NCBI GenBank assembly: GCA_040389125.1
Contig: JAZKAN010000002.1
Location: 1,232-65,231, forward strand
DNA: 64,000 nt
Reading direction: 5' to 3'
Source: Patescibacteria group bacterium
Lineage (GTDB): Bacteria > Patescibacteriota > Minisyncoccia > Phycocordibacterales > DATDWN01
Shown: one piece after another, positions 34,356-44,089 of the stretch
Layout of the letters: every line of letters begins with the position of its first letter
Numbering within the stretch: position 1 is the first letter of the stretch
The notes under the pieces: generated by a model
Told to the model about the DNA's origin: nothing
The model's input: the letters and a program-made list of their open reading frames with translations, nothing else
The model's database searches: none
Made by a program: the position numbers and the translations under genes

Positions 34356-34835
34356 ATGAAAAAAAGCTCAACAGTGTTTCTTCAGATGGTTGTTTTGGCT
34401 CTGGGGGTTGGTGCCCTTGCTCTTCTCCTGTGGGAACCACAAATCGAGGGGGTGAATGCACACGCTACAAATTTTGAAATATATTTCAAAGACCCCTTTC
34501 TGGCTCTTATGTATATAGGATCTATTCCATTTTTTGTGGCACTATGGCAGGCGTACAAACTACTCCGATATGCTGGGCAAAACAAAGTGTTCTCTCAGCC
34601 TGCGGTAAACGCTCTTCGAACTATAAAATACTGTGCACTGACAATCATAGGTTTTGTTGTATTGGAAGAAATTTTTATCATGCTGAATCATGGTACCGAT
34701 GATGCAGCGGGCGGAGTTTTCATGGGTGTTCTCATTACTTTCGGATCAGTTGTTATTGCAACTGCGGCGGCGATGTTTGAGCGAATTTTGCAAAATGCTC
34801 TCGATATCAAATCTGAAAACGATTTAACTGTCTAA
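34356..34835 (+). CDS. Multi-pass membrane protein (DUF2975-like)
   Basis: 159 aa with four hydrophobic helices. It lies immediately upstream of a YozG-type HTH gene, a known conserved pairing. Confidence 0.65.
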   Translation: MKKSSTVFLQMVVLALGVGALALLLWEPQIEGVNAHATNFEIYFKDPFLALMYIGSIPFFVALWQAYKLLRYAGQNKVFSQPAVNALRTIKYCALTIIGFVVLEEIFIMLNHGTDDAAGGVFMGVLITFGSVVIATAAAMFERILQNALDIKSENDLTV

Positions 34836-34839
34836 AACT

Positions 34840-35043
34840 ATGGCAATAATAATAAACATAGACGTCATGCTCGCAAAACGAAAAATGAGTGTCACTGAAC
34901 TCGCCGAAAGAGTTGGTATCACAATGGCCAACATCTCCATTTTGAAAAATGGAAAGGCAAAAGCAATCCGCCTGGGAACGCTTGAGGCAATTTGCAAGGC
35001 GCTTGAGTGTCAGCCAGGGGATGTGTTGGAGTACAGAAAGTAA
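34840..35043 (+). CDS. XRE-family helix-turn-helix transcriptional regulator (YozG-like)
   Basis: 67 aa with MLAKRKMSVTELAERVGITMANISILKNGKAKAIRLGTLEAICKALECQPGDVLEY. Confidence 0.85.
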   Translation: MAIIINIDVMLAKRKMSVTELAERVGITMANISILKNGKAKAIRLGTLEAICKALECQPGDVLEYRK

Positions 35044-35055
35044 ATGAGGGGGGCT

Positions 35056-36657
35056 TTACTTTACGTTGGCGTATTTCTGATACCATTTGTTCGTAAAAAT
35101 TTCTGACGAATCAAATTTCTTTTTCGTTTCAAAGAAAGCATCAACTTCTGGATACGCCTTATGTAATTGTTCTTCTGAATAATACAACTGATAGGGTAGA
35201 TAGTAAGTACCACCAAGATTTGTTGCAACATCGATGAGATCAGTTGTTGTCTTTTGTAATATCTTGCTTTCTTTTTCATTTAATTTCTGGTTGAAGTACA
35301 GAACAAATGCAAATCTGTCATCTTTGGCATATGGGAGAGCCGTAATAGTATCTTTATGAACTATTCGGATTGTTACGTTGAGTAGATTTGCACCATTTGA
35401 TTTTACTGTTGTTCTGAGACCATCTATGAAATCTGCCATTTTTTCTTCCGGAATAAAATACTCTTGAAGAATATCAGTGTCTTGGAGTTTGTTTTTTAAA
35501 TATCCCATCGAGTCGTACATTTCTTGGTTACGAGAAACATCACAGACTTCATTTGGACTCATGGCTTCATTTCGTGTCACACATGAATGAAACCGTGGCT
35601 CAATATTTTTCTCTAAAGCCCAGCGTACCCATTTACCCAAACTACTTGTTTTAGAAAAGTTAATCACCAGTCTATTAAACCATGTCAACTTTGCAGGTTT
35701 TAATTCTGGTATTGGTTTGTCCCATTCTATTTTTTCAAATGTATGTACTGCAGTTTGTGTGAGGTAGCTTGTTGGGGAGATAGAAATACGTGCGTACATG
35801 AGACCGAGAGTATCGTTATTTTCAATATTTTTCTTGTAGTATGTTGTAAAATCTTTGTAATTCATGTATGTCGTAGACCACTTGTACACCTCGTTTGGTA
35901 CCACGTCGAGATCAACATCGAGGATAACGCCAAATAGCCCGTAGCCTCCAAGTGCGTGACTAAAAAGCTCTGTATTTTGAGTTGGACTTGCTGTAACAAT
36001 ATTTCCATTTGCGGTCATGATATGCATTTGTCTGACTGTGGGCGCCACTTGACCAGGATTATGTGCTACACCATGTGCGTTGACAGAGAGTGTGCCACCA
36101 ACAGTGAAGATGTTGATTGATTGCATCGCCTTGACCGACAAACCTTCTTTATCGAGAAGTTCCTGAACTTTTGCCCAGGTTACTCCAGTTTGCACATTAA
36201 TAACTTTGTTTTCTTTATCTAGTTTCATGGCATTGAAACTTCTCATATCGAGTACAAGTCCATTTTGTACAAACGACTGTCCTCCCATACTGTGTTTTTG
36301 TCCGGCACTTGTTATTTTTAAATTATTATCTTTGGCATACTGCAGAGCGTTTTTGACGTCAGTTGTAGAAGTAACTTTTACAACACCATATACTGCAGTT
36401 TTGTTGAGACAGCTTGCATCGTTTATGAGACCACCTTTTTGTTCAAATGTAATCGTGGTTGTGCTGTGTTTTAGAGTAATTGTAGTTAATTTTGTTTGAT
36501 CAGTAGTGTCTGGGTATATAAAGTCGCAGTCCTTGTCTTTGTTTGGTGCAGAAGCGTATTCAACAGCTTTTTTGATTCCGAGAAAAATAAAAATCACAGC
36601 CATAATACCTGCTGTGACGATTTTTTTGTTTTGAAAATTTTTTTTGACAATTATCAT
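35056..36657 (-). CDS. FAD-binding (PCMH-type) oxidoreductase, membrane-anchored
   Basis: Internal start MIIVKK at 36657 followed by a TM helix. The FAD-binding 4-like region is ITSAGQKHSMGGQSFVQNGLVLDM. Confidence 0.8.
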   Translation of the reverse strand: MIIVKKNFQNKKIVTAGIMAVIFIFLGIKKAVEYASAPNKDKDCDFIYPDTTDQTKLTTITLKHSTTTITFEQKGGLINDASCLNKTAVYGVVKVTSTTDVKNALQYAKDNNLKITSAGQKHSMGGQSFVQNGLVLDMRSFNAMKLDKENKVINVQTGVTWAKVQELLDKEGLSVKAMQSINIFTVGGTLSVNAHGVAHNPGQVAPTVRQMHIMTANGNIVTASPTQNTELFSHALGGYGLFGVILDVDLDVVPNEVYKWSTTYMNYKDFTTYYKKNIENNDTLGLMYARISISPTSYLTQTAVHTFEKIEWDKPIPELKPAKLTWFNRLVINFSKTSSLGKWVRWALEKNIEPRFHSCVTRNEAMSPNEVCDVSRNQEMYDSMGYLKNKLQDTDILQEYFIPEEKMADFIDGLRTTVKSNGANLLNVTIRIVHKDTITALPYAKDDRFAFVLYFNQKLNEKESKILQKTTTDLIDVATNLGGTYYLPYQLYYSEEQLHKAYPEVDAFFETKKKFDSSEIFTNKWYQKYANVK

Positions 36658-36721
36658 ATTTAATATTTTGTGTGTTAGAATATTATTGTACCATTTAATA
36701 TTAATTATCCAAGGAATTTTT

Positions 36722-37156
36722 ATGCTTAAAAAAATAAGTGTCATTCAGTGGCTTGCCTGGTTCTATGCTCTTAACTTTTTATTTATTTTTGTTATCTGTC
36801 ATTGGCCAGGACTTACCGATGCACATGGAAAACTCCTTGGTTTATATCAAATCGATCCTGTTGATGACGTGTTTCATCTTTTATCAGGGCTACTTGCGGT
36901 TGTTGTTGCACTTCGCTCGAGAACATGGTCAGTTAATTATTTCAAATATGTTGGAATTCCATACGGCATTGATGCTGTTGTCGGGCTTTTCTTCAGTACT
37001 CAGTTTTTAAACGGGGATGTTTTTACAAAACCACTCGGGGGGATTGATTTCAGTTCAAGTAACTTAATGGTTAACCTTCCACATATTGCAATTTTGGTGA
37101 CAATGTTAGTTATTGGTTTTTGGTTGAGTAAAAGAGTTGATACACAAACTCAATAA
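36722..37156 (+). CDS. Small multi-pass membrane protein (DUF4383-like)
   Basis: ATG at 36722. Hydrophobic helices, with DDVFHLLSGLLAVVVAL resembling the DUF4383 N..H...G motif. Confidence 0.65.
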   Translation: MLKKISVIQWLAWFYALNFLFIFVICHWPGLTDAHGKLLGLYQIDPVDDVFHLLSGLLAVVVALRSRTWSVNYFKYVGIPYGIDAVVGLFFSTQFLNGDVFTKPLGGIDFSSSNLMVNLPHIAILVTMLVIGFWLSKRVDTQTQ

Positions 37157-37162
37157 TATTTT

Positions 37163-38200
37163 ATGGATCACGCTCGCACCCGACAAACTTTCGTTTGTAG
37201 ATTTTTAAAATGGTTGTTTTACATTTTTGTTGGACTTGTGGTTGTGATAGGAGTGATTCTAATATTTTTCAAGGTGAGTGCAACTAGTCGAGAGGTAAAA
37301 CTCTCGTCTGATGTAGCTCCCGCAACGGGTCATTTTGTCCAAACTTTTGATGCAAAGATTTTTGTTCAGGAAAGCGGTCCTATGACAGGCCAGCCAGTGT
37401 TGTTGATTCCTGGAACTGGCGCGTGGAGTGAGATTTGGAGAGATACTATAGATCCTCTCGCTACAGCGGGTTACCGTGTAATTGCAATTGACTTGCCACC
37501 ATTTGGTTTTTCAGAAAAGCTAATTGGAGTATCAAAATACAGTCGAGAGAATCAAGCTAAAAGAATCATTGGTATTTTGGATGTACTCGGTATTCATACA
37601 GTAATACTTGTGGGGCATTCAGTGGGTGCGCGTCCGACTATCGAAGCGGCACTTGAAAATCCTGAACGTGTAGCAAAGCTTGTTCTTGTTGATCCTGCGC
37701 TTGGGTTTCAAGAAGATAAAGAGGATACGCCGCATTTTGAGCAAAACCATCCATCATTTATTGTGCACGTGTTGTTTGGAATTGACTCGTTACGAAATGC
37801 TATCTTGTCGGTGTATGGAACAAATCCTATATCCATCAAGCCACTTGTGTCATCATTTGTGTTCCAAAAATCTGCAATAACAGATGCGAGAGTCGCCATG
37901 CTTCAACGTGGTCTTGTTATCAAAGATGTGACACAGGCAAATGGGGATTGGCTTGAGTACCTCACAGTCAGAACAGATACATCTCTTTCAAATGATTTTA
38001 CAAATTTTAAAAAACTAACAATGCCGGTTGGTATTTTGTGGGGCAGGGAAGATACCGTTACTCCACTGTGGCAAGGTGAAGCACTGAAAAAACTTATCCC
38101 AAACTCACAATTAGTGGTTTTGGACAATGTCGGACATATCCCTTTTATTGAGGATACTAATAGTTTTAACTTAGCACTCTTTGAGCTTTTGAAAAAATAA
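37163..38200 (+). CDS. Alpha/beta-fold hydrolase, membrane-anchored
   Basis: Nucleophile elbow GHSVGA and an HGxxxxxxxW-like N-terminal block (IPGTGAWSEIW). The catalytic His lies near the C-terminus (VGHIPFIED). Confidence 0.85.
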   Translation: MDHARTRQTFVCRFLKWLFYIFVGLVVVIGVILIFFKVSATSREVKLSSDVAPATGHFVQTFDAKIFVQESGPMTGQPVLLIPGTGAWSEIWRDTIDPLATAGYRVIAIDLPPFGFSEKLIGVSKYSRENQAKRIIGILDVLGIHTVILVGHSVGARPTIEAALENPERVAKLVLVDPALGFQEDKEDTPHFEQNHPSFIVHVLFGIDSLRNAILSVYGTNPISIKPLVSSFVFQKSAITDARVAMLQRGLVIKDVTQANGDWLEYLTVRTDTSLSNDFTNFKKLTMPVGILWGREDTVTPLWQGEALKKLIPNSQLVVLDNVGHIPFIEDTNSFNLALFELLKK

Positions 38201-38204
38201 AACC

Positions 38205-39350
38205 ATGAGAAAAGTGATAGAAATAATTAAACAAATATTCAAAACAAGGATTGTTAAAATTGTTGTTGGATTATTTTTATTTTTTCTTATAGTTGGGATT
38301 ATCCTTGCGGTATCTTTTAATGCACGTTGCAGTTCTGTACAACCAAACTTTAAAACTATAAACGACCAGATTCCAGAGCAAATAAAAATAGCAGAAAATA
38401 ATATACAAAATTATTCTCGCACAGAAGAGACAACATACCTGTCTTTTCCCGAATGGTATCTCGTTTTTAATCCTCAGGAATATGGAATATATATTGGAGC
38501 ACATAAACCGAGCGAATTCCCATATTTCACTTCAATCCATCAATTTTGGAGTGGATATTGCGATGTCTATGGTATTACAAAAAAGAATTATCCATTCAAC
38601 GGTGGAGACCATCTCACGGAGGTGGTTATTGGTACGAGTTTTACGGTAGAGTACGGGATAAAAGGAGCTTGGGAAAATACTGTTGGTAGAATTTCAGAAT
38701 GGACAGCGGATGGAGAGCAAACTGAAGAAGATTTTTTTGCCGCAAAAGTCGCACAGGATTATGGCAATTTTATTCCAACAAAACCATGGTATGAATTTCC
38801 ATTTGGACAGCGATTTGGACAACTGTGGACTCAGACCCCTTTTTTTGGGCAACATTTTTTACGTAAGATTGAACGAAAAATTTTCCTGAGTTTTGAATAT
38901 GGAATGAAATCTGTGTATGCATTAGTTATTCGAGTTGCAACGCATGCTGTATACGGTGTAGCTGATACAGAAGTGTATGTATCCGCCACACATGTTCCAG
39001 ACAGTATTTTCCAAAACCCTCAGATTCGTATGGTGAGTGATTTGGGAAATGATAAATATATTATTGCTGTACCTCATTACCAAGGATTTACTGATACAGT
39101 TCCAGGGCTTGCGATGAAGGGATTGCTATTTGTGGATATTGCGGGCAATGATGAGATATTGGTAACTGCAGTTGCTCCGCAAAGTTGGAAATTTGATTTA
39201 CCAGATGGTTCACTTTTATTTACAATGAATATGATGACAGACGATAGTCAAAAGAGAATTGTTCTTCAGGTGCCCGTTCGATCACTTGGTCAGATACTTA
39301 TACAGCTTAAAACAGAAGAAGTGAGAATTGAGCATCTATATGATTATTAG
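38205..39350 (+). CDS. Hypothetical membrane-anchored protein
   Basis: 381-aa ORF starting 4 nt after the hydrolase stop, with an N-terminal TM helix. Confidence 0.65.
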   Translation: MRKVIEIIKQIFKTRIVKIVVGLFLFFLIVGIILAVSFNARCSSVQPNFKTINDQIPEQIKIAENNIQNYSRTEETTYLSFPEWYLVFNPQEYGIYIGAHKPSEFPYFTSIHQFWSGYCDVYGITKKNYPFNGGDHLTEVVIGTSFTVEYGIKGAWENTVGRISEWTADGEQTEEDFFAAKVAQDYGNFIPTKPWYEFPFGQRFGQLWTQTPFFGQHFLRKIERKIFLSFEYGMKSVYALVIRVATHAVYGVADTEVYVSATHVPDSIFQNPQIRMVSDLGNDKYIIAVPHYQGFTDTVPGLAMKGLLFVDIAGNDEILVTAVAPQSWKFDLPDGSLLFTMNMMTDDSQKRIVLQVPVRSLGQILIQLKTEEVRIEHLYDY

Positions 39351-39436
39351 TTTTATTTTATAGCGGAGAGTATGGTGTAGCTAAGAACATACACTAAAAT
39401 GAAAGGGCTTGCCATTACGCACGCCCTTCTCAGTTC

Positions 39437-39598
39437 TTATTTTGAGTGCTCAGTGAATGCTCTCATGAGCGGAACTCCGATTGAGATTCCCAATACTGCG
39501 AGGCTAGCACACCAACCCCATGCTGACATATTAGCTGCTACTCCTGTTCCGATCACTGCAAGCAACCATGCTACAAGAAATTTTTGTCTTCGTGTCAT
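39437..39598 (-). CDS. Possible 53-aa two-helix membrane peptide (preferred over the plus-strand track ORF 39399..39611)
   Basis: Minus-strand translation is MTRRQKFLVAWLLAVIGTGVAANMSAWGWCASLAVLGISIGVPLMRAFTEHSK. The hairpin AAGGGC..GCCCTT with a T-rich tail lies downstream. Confidence 0.4.
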   Translation of the reverse strand: MTRRQKFLVAWLLAVIGTGVAANMSAWGWCASLAVLGISIGVPLMRAFTEHSK

Positions 39599-39638
39599 GA
39601 ATTTAAATTAGTATATTAAATTATATCTTGTTCATATG

Positions 39639-39725
39639 CGGAGGATGTGAGATTTGAACTCACGGTCCAGTTTCCCGGACGGCGGTTTAGTAAACCGCTG
39701 GTTTAAACCACTCACCCAATCCTCC
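39639..39725 (-). tRNA. Class II tRNA (Ser-like: long variable arm, G73) with apparent anticodon ACU
   Basis: Acceptor GGAGGAT/ATCCTCC. Anticodon arm GCGGT-TTACTAA-ACCGC. Variable arm GTCCGG-GAAA-CTGGAC. T arm GTGAG-TTCAAAT-CTCAC. Discriminator G. Confidence 0.75.
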
Positions 39726-39792
39726 AATGCGTAGACTGAGACAGTCTAGCATTTTTTATTTTTTTATTCGAGCTTTTCGTTTGCTACTGTTT

Positions 39793-40215
39793 TTACCACA
39801 AGCTAATCACTATTCCCATTGCAACCATGACGATACCACTACTAAACGCCTCAAACATCCAGAGCTTGCATGATCGTCCCATCCAGACAACCTCGATATA
39901 CGAAGATGTTGCGAGAAATCCGATCCAGACGAGTAGGGCAGAATAGATTCCATTGCACAGAGCTGAATTGAGCATGGTGTATGACGAACTCATCATGAGA
40001 TTCCACACAACAGCGAGTGCATATGCAGTAATAATATTTACAACAAGGTTTGAAAACATTTTGCCGTACATGTCCGACAACTTTTCATTGCCAGTTGGAT
40101 GTATGTTTGCAAGACGCATCCACAGTTTGCCTGCAACTGGTCCATGCATGAGAAACCCGATAATAAACGCAACTACTGCTGCAATAAGAACTGCAAGAAT
40201 ATTAACATCAAACAT
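39793..40215 (-). CDS. Membrane protein (DUF1761-like)
   Basis: 140 aa with MFDVNILAVLIAAVVAFIIGFLMHGPVAGKLWM, typical of the DUF1761 N-terminus. Confidence 0.65.
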   Translation of the reverse strand: MFDVNILAVLIAAVVAFIIGFLMHGPVAGKLWMRLANIHPTGNEKLSDMYGKMFSNLVVNIITAYALAVVWNLMMSSSYTMLNSALCNGIYSALLVWIGFLATSSYIEVVWMGRSCKLWMFEAFSSGIVMVAMGIVISLW

Positions 40216-40313
40216 ATTTTTTTATTTTAAAAATAATATAGTAAGTGTAGCAGGGATGGGGAAGTGTGTCATTGTGTAATGCATTGTTGCCTAGCAAAAC
40301 ACCTGATGCTAAT

Positions 40314-41000
40314 TTACTCACTTTTTAACATTTTACCTAGTTCTACCTCGCCGAGTATGCGATCGTCCTTAGAGAGCTTCAAACTTTCTTTCATATCTTG
40401 CCAGAAATCTTTTTTGAGCATCATGTTGATGAGGAAGATAATACCAGCCGCGATGCACGCCCCAATGATTGCCATGAGCATGTCTTTTTGTGCGTCCCAA
40501 ATATCTCCCTGGCTACCGAGGAATGCGAGTCCCGAAAGAGGATCAACTGCCTTGGCCGCTTGCCACTCGATGATTTCGTAGATTGCGGAAAACGAGCCGA
40601 GAAGATCGATGGGAAGAATGTATGCCCAAATGCCTTTGACTTTGGCCAGTCGCATGAACATTTCCCGAATAGGATAAAACAATAGAAATCCACATGAGAA
40701 ATGCACCAATCGATCATACATGTTTCTGTTTTCTCCAAACCAATGCTGTAGTGTGTAGCCAAACGGCACATGCTCGTACGTATAGTGTGAACCGATGAGA
40801 TGCAAGATGAGGAAAAGGGTGATGAGGGTGTATGAAACTTTGGAAAGTTTAAAAAAATAACCGAGAATAAGAATAATTGGTACGGAAATAAATACTAAAT
40901 AGTTTTCAAGTAACCAATCGTGAGGGAATACCGGATGTATCGCCGCCCATACCCATACTGCTACAAATGTAACCAAAAGAAACCAGTGATATTTTTTCAT
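40314..41000 (-). CDS. Membrane protein (DUF2238/YjdF-like)
   Basis: The internal ATG at 41000 (MKKYHWFLLVTF) avoids overlap with the tRNA. Multi-pass, with HLIGSHYTYEHVPFG. Confidence 0.65.
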   Translation of the reverse strand: MKKYHWFLLVTFVAVWVWAAIHPVFPHDWLLENYLVFISVPIILILGYFFKLSKVSYTLITLFLILHLIGSHYTYEHVPFGYTLQHWFGENRNMYDRLVHFSCGFLLFYPIREMFMRLAKVKGIWAYILPIDLLGSFSAIYEIIEWQAAKAVDPLSGLAFLGSQGDIWDAQKDMLMAIIGACIAAGIIFLINMMLKKDFWQDMKESLKLSKDDRILGEVELGKMLKSE

Positions 41001-41046
41001 GAATATATTGTAGCAGAAGTATTTACAAATTTGTACGGTTTTTTTG

Positions 41047-41135
41047 CGGAGACGGGCGGATTCGAACCGCCGGTGCCGTTTAAAGGGCACACCTCTTTAG
41101 CAAAGAGGCACATTAGACCGCTCTGACACGTCTCC
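41047..41135 (-). tRNA. tRNA-Ser, anticodon GCU
   Basis: Acceptor GGAGACG/CGTCTCC. Anticodon arm CCTCT-TTGCTAA-AGAGG. Long variable arm. T arm GGCGG-TTCGAAT-CCGCC. Discriminator G. Confidence 0.85.
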
Positions 41136-41226
41136 ATATTAATCGAACTGTAACTCACAGTATCATATCGAACATGCCTCGTAAATGAAATGATTTACAG
41201 CTATGTGTTTGTGATATAATAGTCAG

Positions 41227-41781
41227 ATGAAAAATAAATCATATTTATTTATTGGCATTATTTTGGTTTTAATTTTAGTTGGTTTTCTTGTGTACAGAAA
41301 TTCTGGTAACATTGATTCAGTCGCGAATTCTGGTACACAGACCGCGACTACTACAACTCAGGCCAACACTCCGCAGGCGGTGGAGTACAAAAATACAGAG
41401 TATGGGTTTACATTTTTGCTTCCACAGAGTTGGAAAGGGTATTCGATCATAGAAGACGAGTGGGGAGAGGATGGAAGCTGGACAGATGGCTCAGAGAGAA
41501 ATCCTGGTGGAGAAAGTGGCCCGCTCATTTCTATTCGCCATCCAGATTGGGAGTACAAGAGTCCACGCCAGGACATACCAATAATGGTTTTCACTATAAA
41601 ACAATGGAACGACATGCAGGCAGAGAAATTTCATATTGGTGCGGCACCGATAAATCCAAGCGAGCTCGGTCGTAACACAAAATACGTATTTGCACTTCCT
41701 GCGAGATACAATTTTGCCGATGCGGTCGGTATGGAGGAAGTGAATCAGATTATTGAAGGCAAACCCCTCAAAACGTTTTAA
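41227..41781 (+). CDS. Hypothetical membrane-anchored or exported protein
   Basis: 184-aa ORF with an N-terminal anchor (YLFIGIILVLILVGFLVY). Confidence 0.6.
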   Translation: MKNKSYLFIGIILVLILVGFLVYRNSGNIDSVANSGTQTATTTTQANTPQAVEYKNTEYGFTFLLPQSWKGYSIIEDEWGEDGSWTDGSERNPGGESGPLISIRHPDWEYKSPRQDIPIMVFTIKQWNDMQAEKFHIGAAPINPSELGRNTKYVFALPARYNFADAVGMEEVNQIIEGKPLKTF

Positions 41782-41794
41782 GTATTTTTACGAG

Positions 41795-41951
41795 CCCGCC
41801 CATTAATACATTTTGAAACATCCGCAAGCCTCGAGCACGGTCCTGTCAACGACTCAAGTATTCTCTTGAGCTCATTGACAGGTCGAGGCTGAGGACCGAA
41901 CGAACTTTTCGCCGGAAAAGTGAGTGTTTTCAAAATGTATTAATGGGTGGG
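41795..41951 (+). repeat. Nested-palindrome repeat, family A, copy 2
   Basis: The outer arm CCCGCCCATTAATACATTTTGAAACA pairs with 41925-41951. The core is CCGCAAGCCTCGAGCACGGTCCTGTCAACGAC..CTCATTGACAGGTCGAGG, with a second hairpin CTTTTCGCCGGAAAAG. Confidence 0.7.
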
Positions 41952-41966
41952 TGAGTTTACTAAGTC

Positions 41967-42623
41967 TTAATGCGCGATTGTAAATGCGTACACATCTTTT
42001 GCTCCAGCACTGAGTAGTGTGTGACGTGCTTCGGAGAGAGTGCTACCTGTAGTGACCACATCGTCAATTAAAATAATATACTTACCTGCCACTCGCGGAT
42101 CCGCTTCGAAACATCCTGTCAGGTTGTGCATGCGTTCCTCCCTAGACTGGCTACGACTTTGTTTTGGTGTGTCCACTGTTTTTTGAAACCATTGTGGTGC
42201 ATACAGTAGTGTGTGTGCCGTGTCACAGTTAAACACCGCCTTTGCAATATACTCGCTCTGGTTGTACCCACGTTCTGTCCGACGGAGAACAGAAATAGGA
42301 ATGGGAATAAGTAGAAACTCTGCGTCACTATCAAAAATCACAATGTCAGAAACGAGAGCAACGATTTCTTCATACAACAGAGTTCCGATATGATCGAGTG
42401 GTAGAGTATTTTCCCTATATTTGAGTTCCCAAATTATTGCTTTTACTTTTGGATTTTTGTAATAAAACAAAGGGTGAATCCAGTCTGCATTTTCCACATG
42501 TGGATTTCTCGGTAGTTCAAAAATATCCTTAGCAGTCAGTTTTCTAACAATATCAAAGTCTGTTCGAGGAGGAAGAATAATATCAAGAAAGGTACAGATA
42601 ATTTCTTTCAATCTTTTCAACAT
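41967..42623 (-). CDS. comFC: ComF family protein (ComFC, phosphoribosyltransferase domain)
   Basis: 218 aa with a C-terminal PRTase motif KYIILIDDVVTTGSTLSEA. Confidence 0.85.
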   Translation of the reverse strand: MLKRLKEIICTFLDIILPPRTDFDIVRKLTAKDIFELPRNPHVENADWIHPLFYYKNPKVKAIIWELKYRENTLPLDHIGTLLYEEIVALVSDIVIFDSDAEFLLIPIPISVLRRTERGYNQSEYIAKAVFNCDTAHTLLYAPQWFQKTVDTPKQSRSQSREERMHNLTGCFEADPRVAGKYIILIDDVVTTGSTLSEARHTLLSAGAKDVYAFTIAH

Positions 42624-42678
42624 AGCTGTATTATACCGTACTCAAATATGCTATACTACATTTTTCATCACATCACGT

Positions 42679-43797
42679 ATGTTTGATTTTCTTTCCAACC
42701 TATTCAAAAAGCCGAACCAAAGTGTTTTAGGTATTGATATTGGTTCGTCTGCGATAAAAATAGTGCAACTCAGGCGCAAGGGCGGTCGCGCAATACTCGA
42801 AACATACGGTGAACTTTCTCTCGGTCCATATGCAAACAAAAGTATCGGTGAGAGCACTAACCTATCCGAGGAGAAAATAATCGAGGCACTCAACAATCTC
42901 ATAAAGGAAAAAGAAGTAAATGTTACATCTCGCGAATGTGGTATCGCTATTCCATTTTCAGCATCACTCATGTCTGTTATCGAGTTGCCCCCGGTCAATA
43001 TGAAACAAATTGCGAGCATCGTTCCACTAGAGGCACGCAAATATATTCCCGTACCGATTTCCGAAGTGTCACTTGATTGGTCTGTTATTCCGCCCGACAG
43101 AAATCCTGGTGTAGAGCAGAAATTGGATATGGATGGCAAACCAATTCCACCAAAAACAGAAGTGCTGATTGTGGCAATACATAATGATACGATCACACGA
43201 TACAAAAATATTGTGGCGGCAACTGGACTGTCTGCGTCATTTTTTGAAATAGAGATTTTTAGCACACTGCGCTCGATTCTCGATCAGGAAGTCACTCCAA
43301 TGCTTATCGTAGACATGGGTGCGACAAGTACAAAAGTCTATATAGTCGAGCGGGGAATTCTCCGTGCGTCACACATGATCAATCGTGGTGGTCAGAGTAT
43401 TACGACAGTGTTATCCAAATCGTTGGGTCTGTCTGTTGATGATGCGGAAATAATGAAACGTGACAAAGGAATTCAGGGAACAGCAAACGGTATTGGAGTC
43501 AAAGATGTGGTGACTGTCACTCTTGATTTTATTTTCAGCGAGGCAAACCACGTCGTGCTCGCGTATCAAAAGAAATACAACAAAAATGTGAGCAAGGTGA
43601 TCCTCGTAGGAGGGGGAAGTGCACTCAAGGGCGTTGTGGATGTTGCCAAGCGGAACTTTCAGACAGAGGTAATAGGCGGTGACCCGTTTTCAAAGGTGGT
43701 TGCTCCGGCGTTTCTCGAAAACATACTCAAGGAGACCGGTCCGGAGTTTGCTGTGGCAGTGGGAGTTGCACTACGCAAGTTGCAAGAATTAGGTTGA
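42679..43797 (+). CDS. pilM: Type IV pilus assembly protein PilM (actin-like ATPase)
   Basis: 372 aa with VLGIDIGSSAIKIVQL and VDMGATSTKVYIV. It heads the pilus cluster. Confidence 0.85.
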   Translation: MFDFLSNLFKKPNQSVLGIDIGSSAIKIVQLRRKGGRAILETYGELSLGPYANKSIGESTNLSEEKIIEALNNLIKEKEVNVTSRECGIAIPFSASLMSVIELPPVNMKQIASIVPLEARKYIPVPISEVSLDWSVIPPDRNPGVEQKLDMDGKPIPPKTEVLIVAIHNDTITRYKNIVAATGLSASFFEIEIFSTLRSILDQEVTPMLIVDMGATSTKVYIVERGILRASHMINRGGQSITTVLSKSLGLSVDDAEIMKRDKGIQGTANGIGVKDVVTVTLDFIFSEANHVVLAYQKKYNKNVSKVILVGGGSALKGVVDVAKRNFQTEVIGGDPFSKVVAPAFLENILKETGPEFAVAVGVALRKLQELG

Positions 43798-43984
43798 GAA
43801 AACTTTTCAAACTCCTCTCCCCAAACCCGTTTCAGAGACGCTCGCTTTTCCTGCGAAAAGCTCTCTCGGTCCTCGACCTGAATCCGTCAATGAGCCCAAG
43901 TATTCTCTTGGGTCGTTGACGGAACCATGCTTCAGGTCTGCGGATGCTCTGAAACCGGTTCGGGTCGACGAGCTTGAAAAGTTT
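43798..43984 (-). repeat. Nested-palindrome repeat, family A, copy 3 (inverted orientation)
   Basis: The reverse complement carries CCGCAGACCTGAAGCATGGTTCCGTCAACGAC..CTCATTGACGGATTCAGGTCGAGG and CTTTTCGCAGGAAAAG. It begins at the base after the pilM stop codon. Confidence 0.7.
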
Positions 43985-44089
43985 AATTTTCAAAACAAAC
44001 CTCATTTTTGACATGATTCAAAAATACTCATATTTAAAGCCGTATTTTCACTACTCAAAAAAGAAAATGCAATTTTGCATGAAATTCGC

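Noticed and set aside
39399-39611. 70-aa plus-strand ORF between 38205..39350 and the tRNA.
   Set aside because: The opposite strand encodes a cleaner 53-aa two-helix membrane peptide with its own downstream hairpin. The plus-strand translation has no features. Both remain low-confidence.
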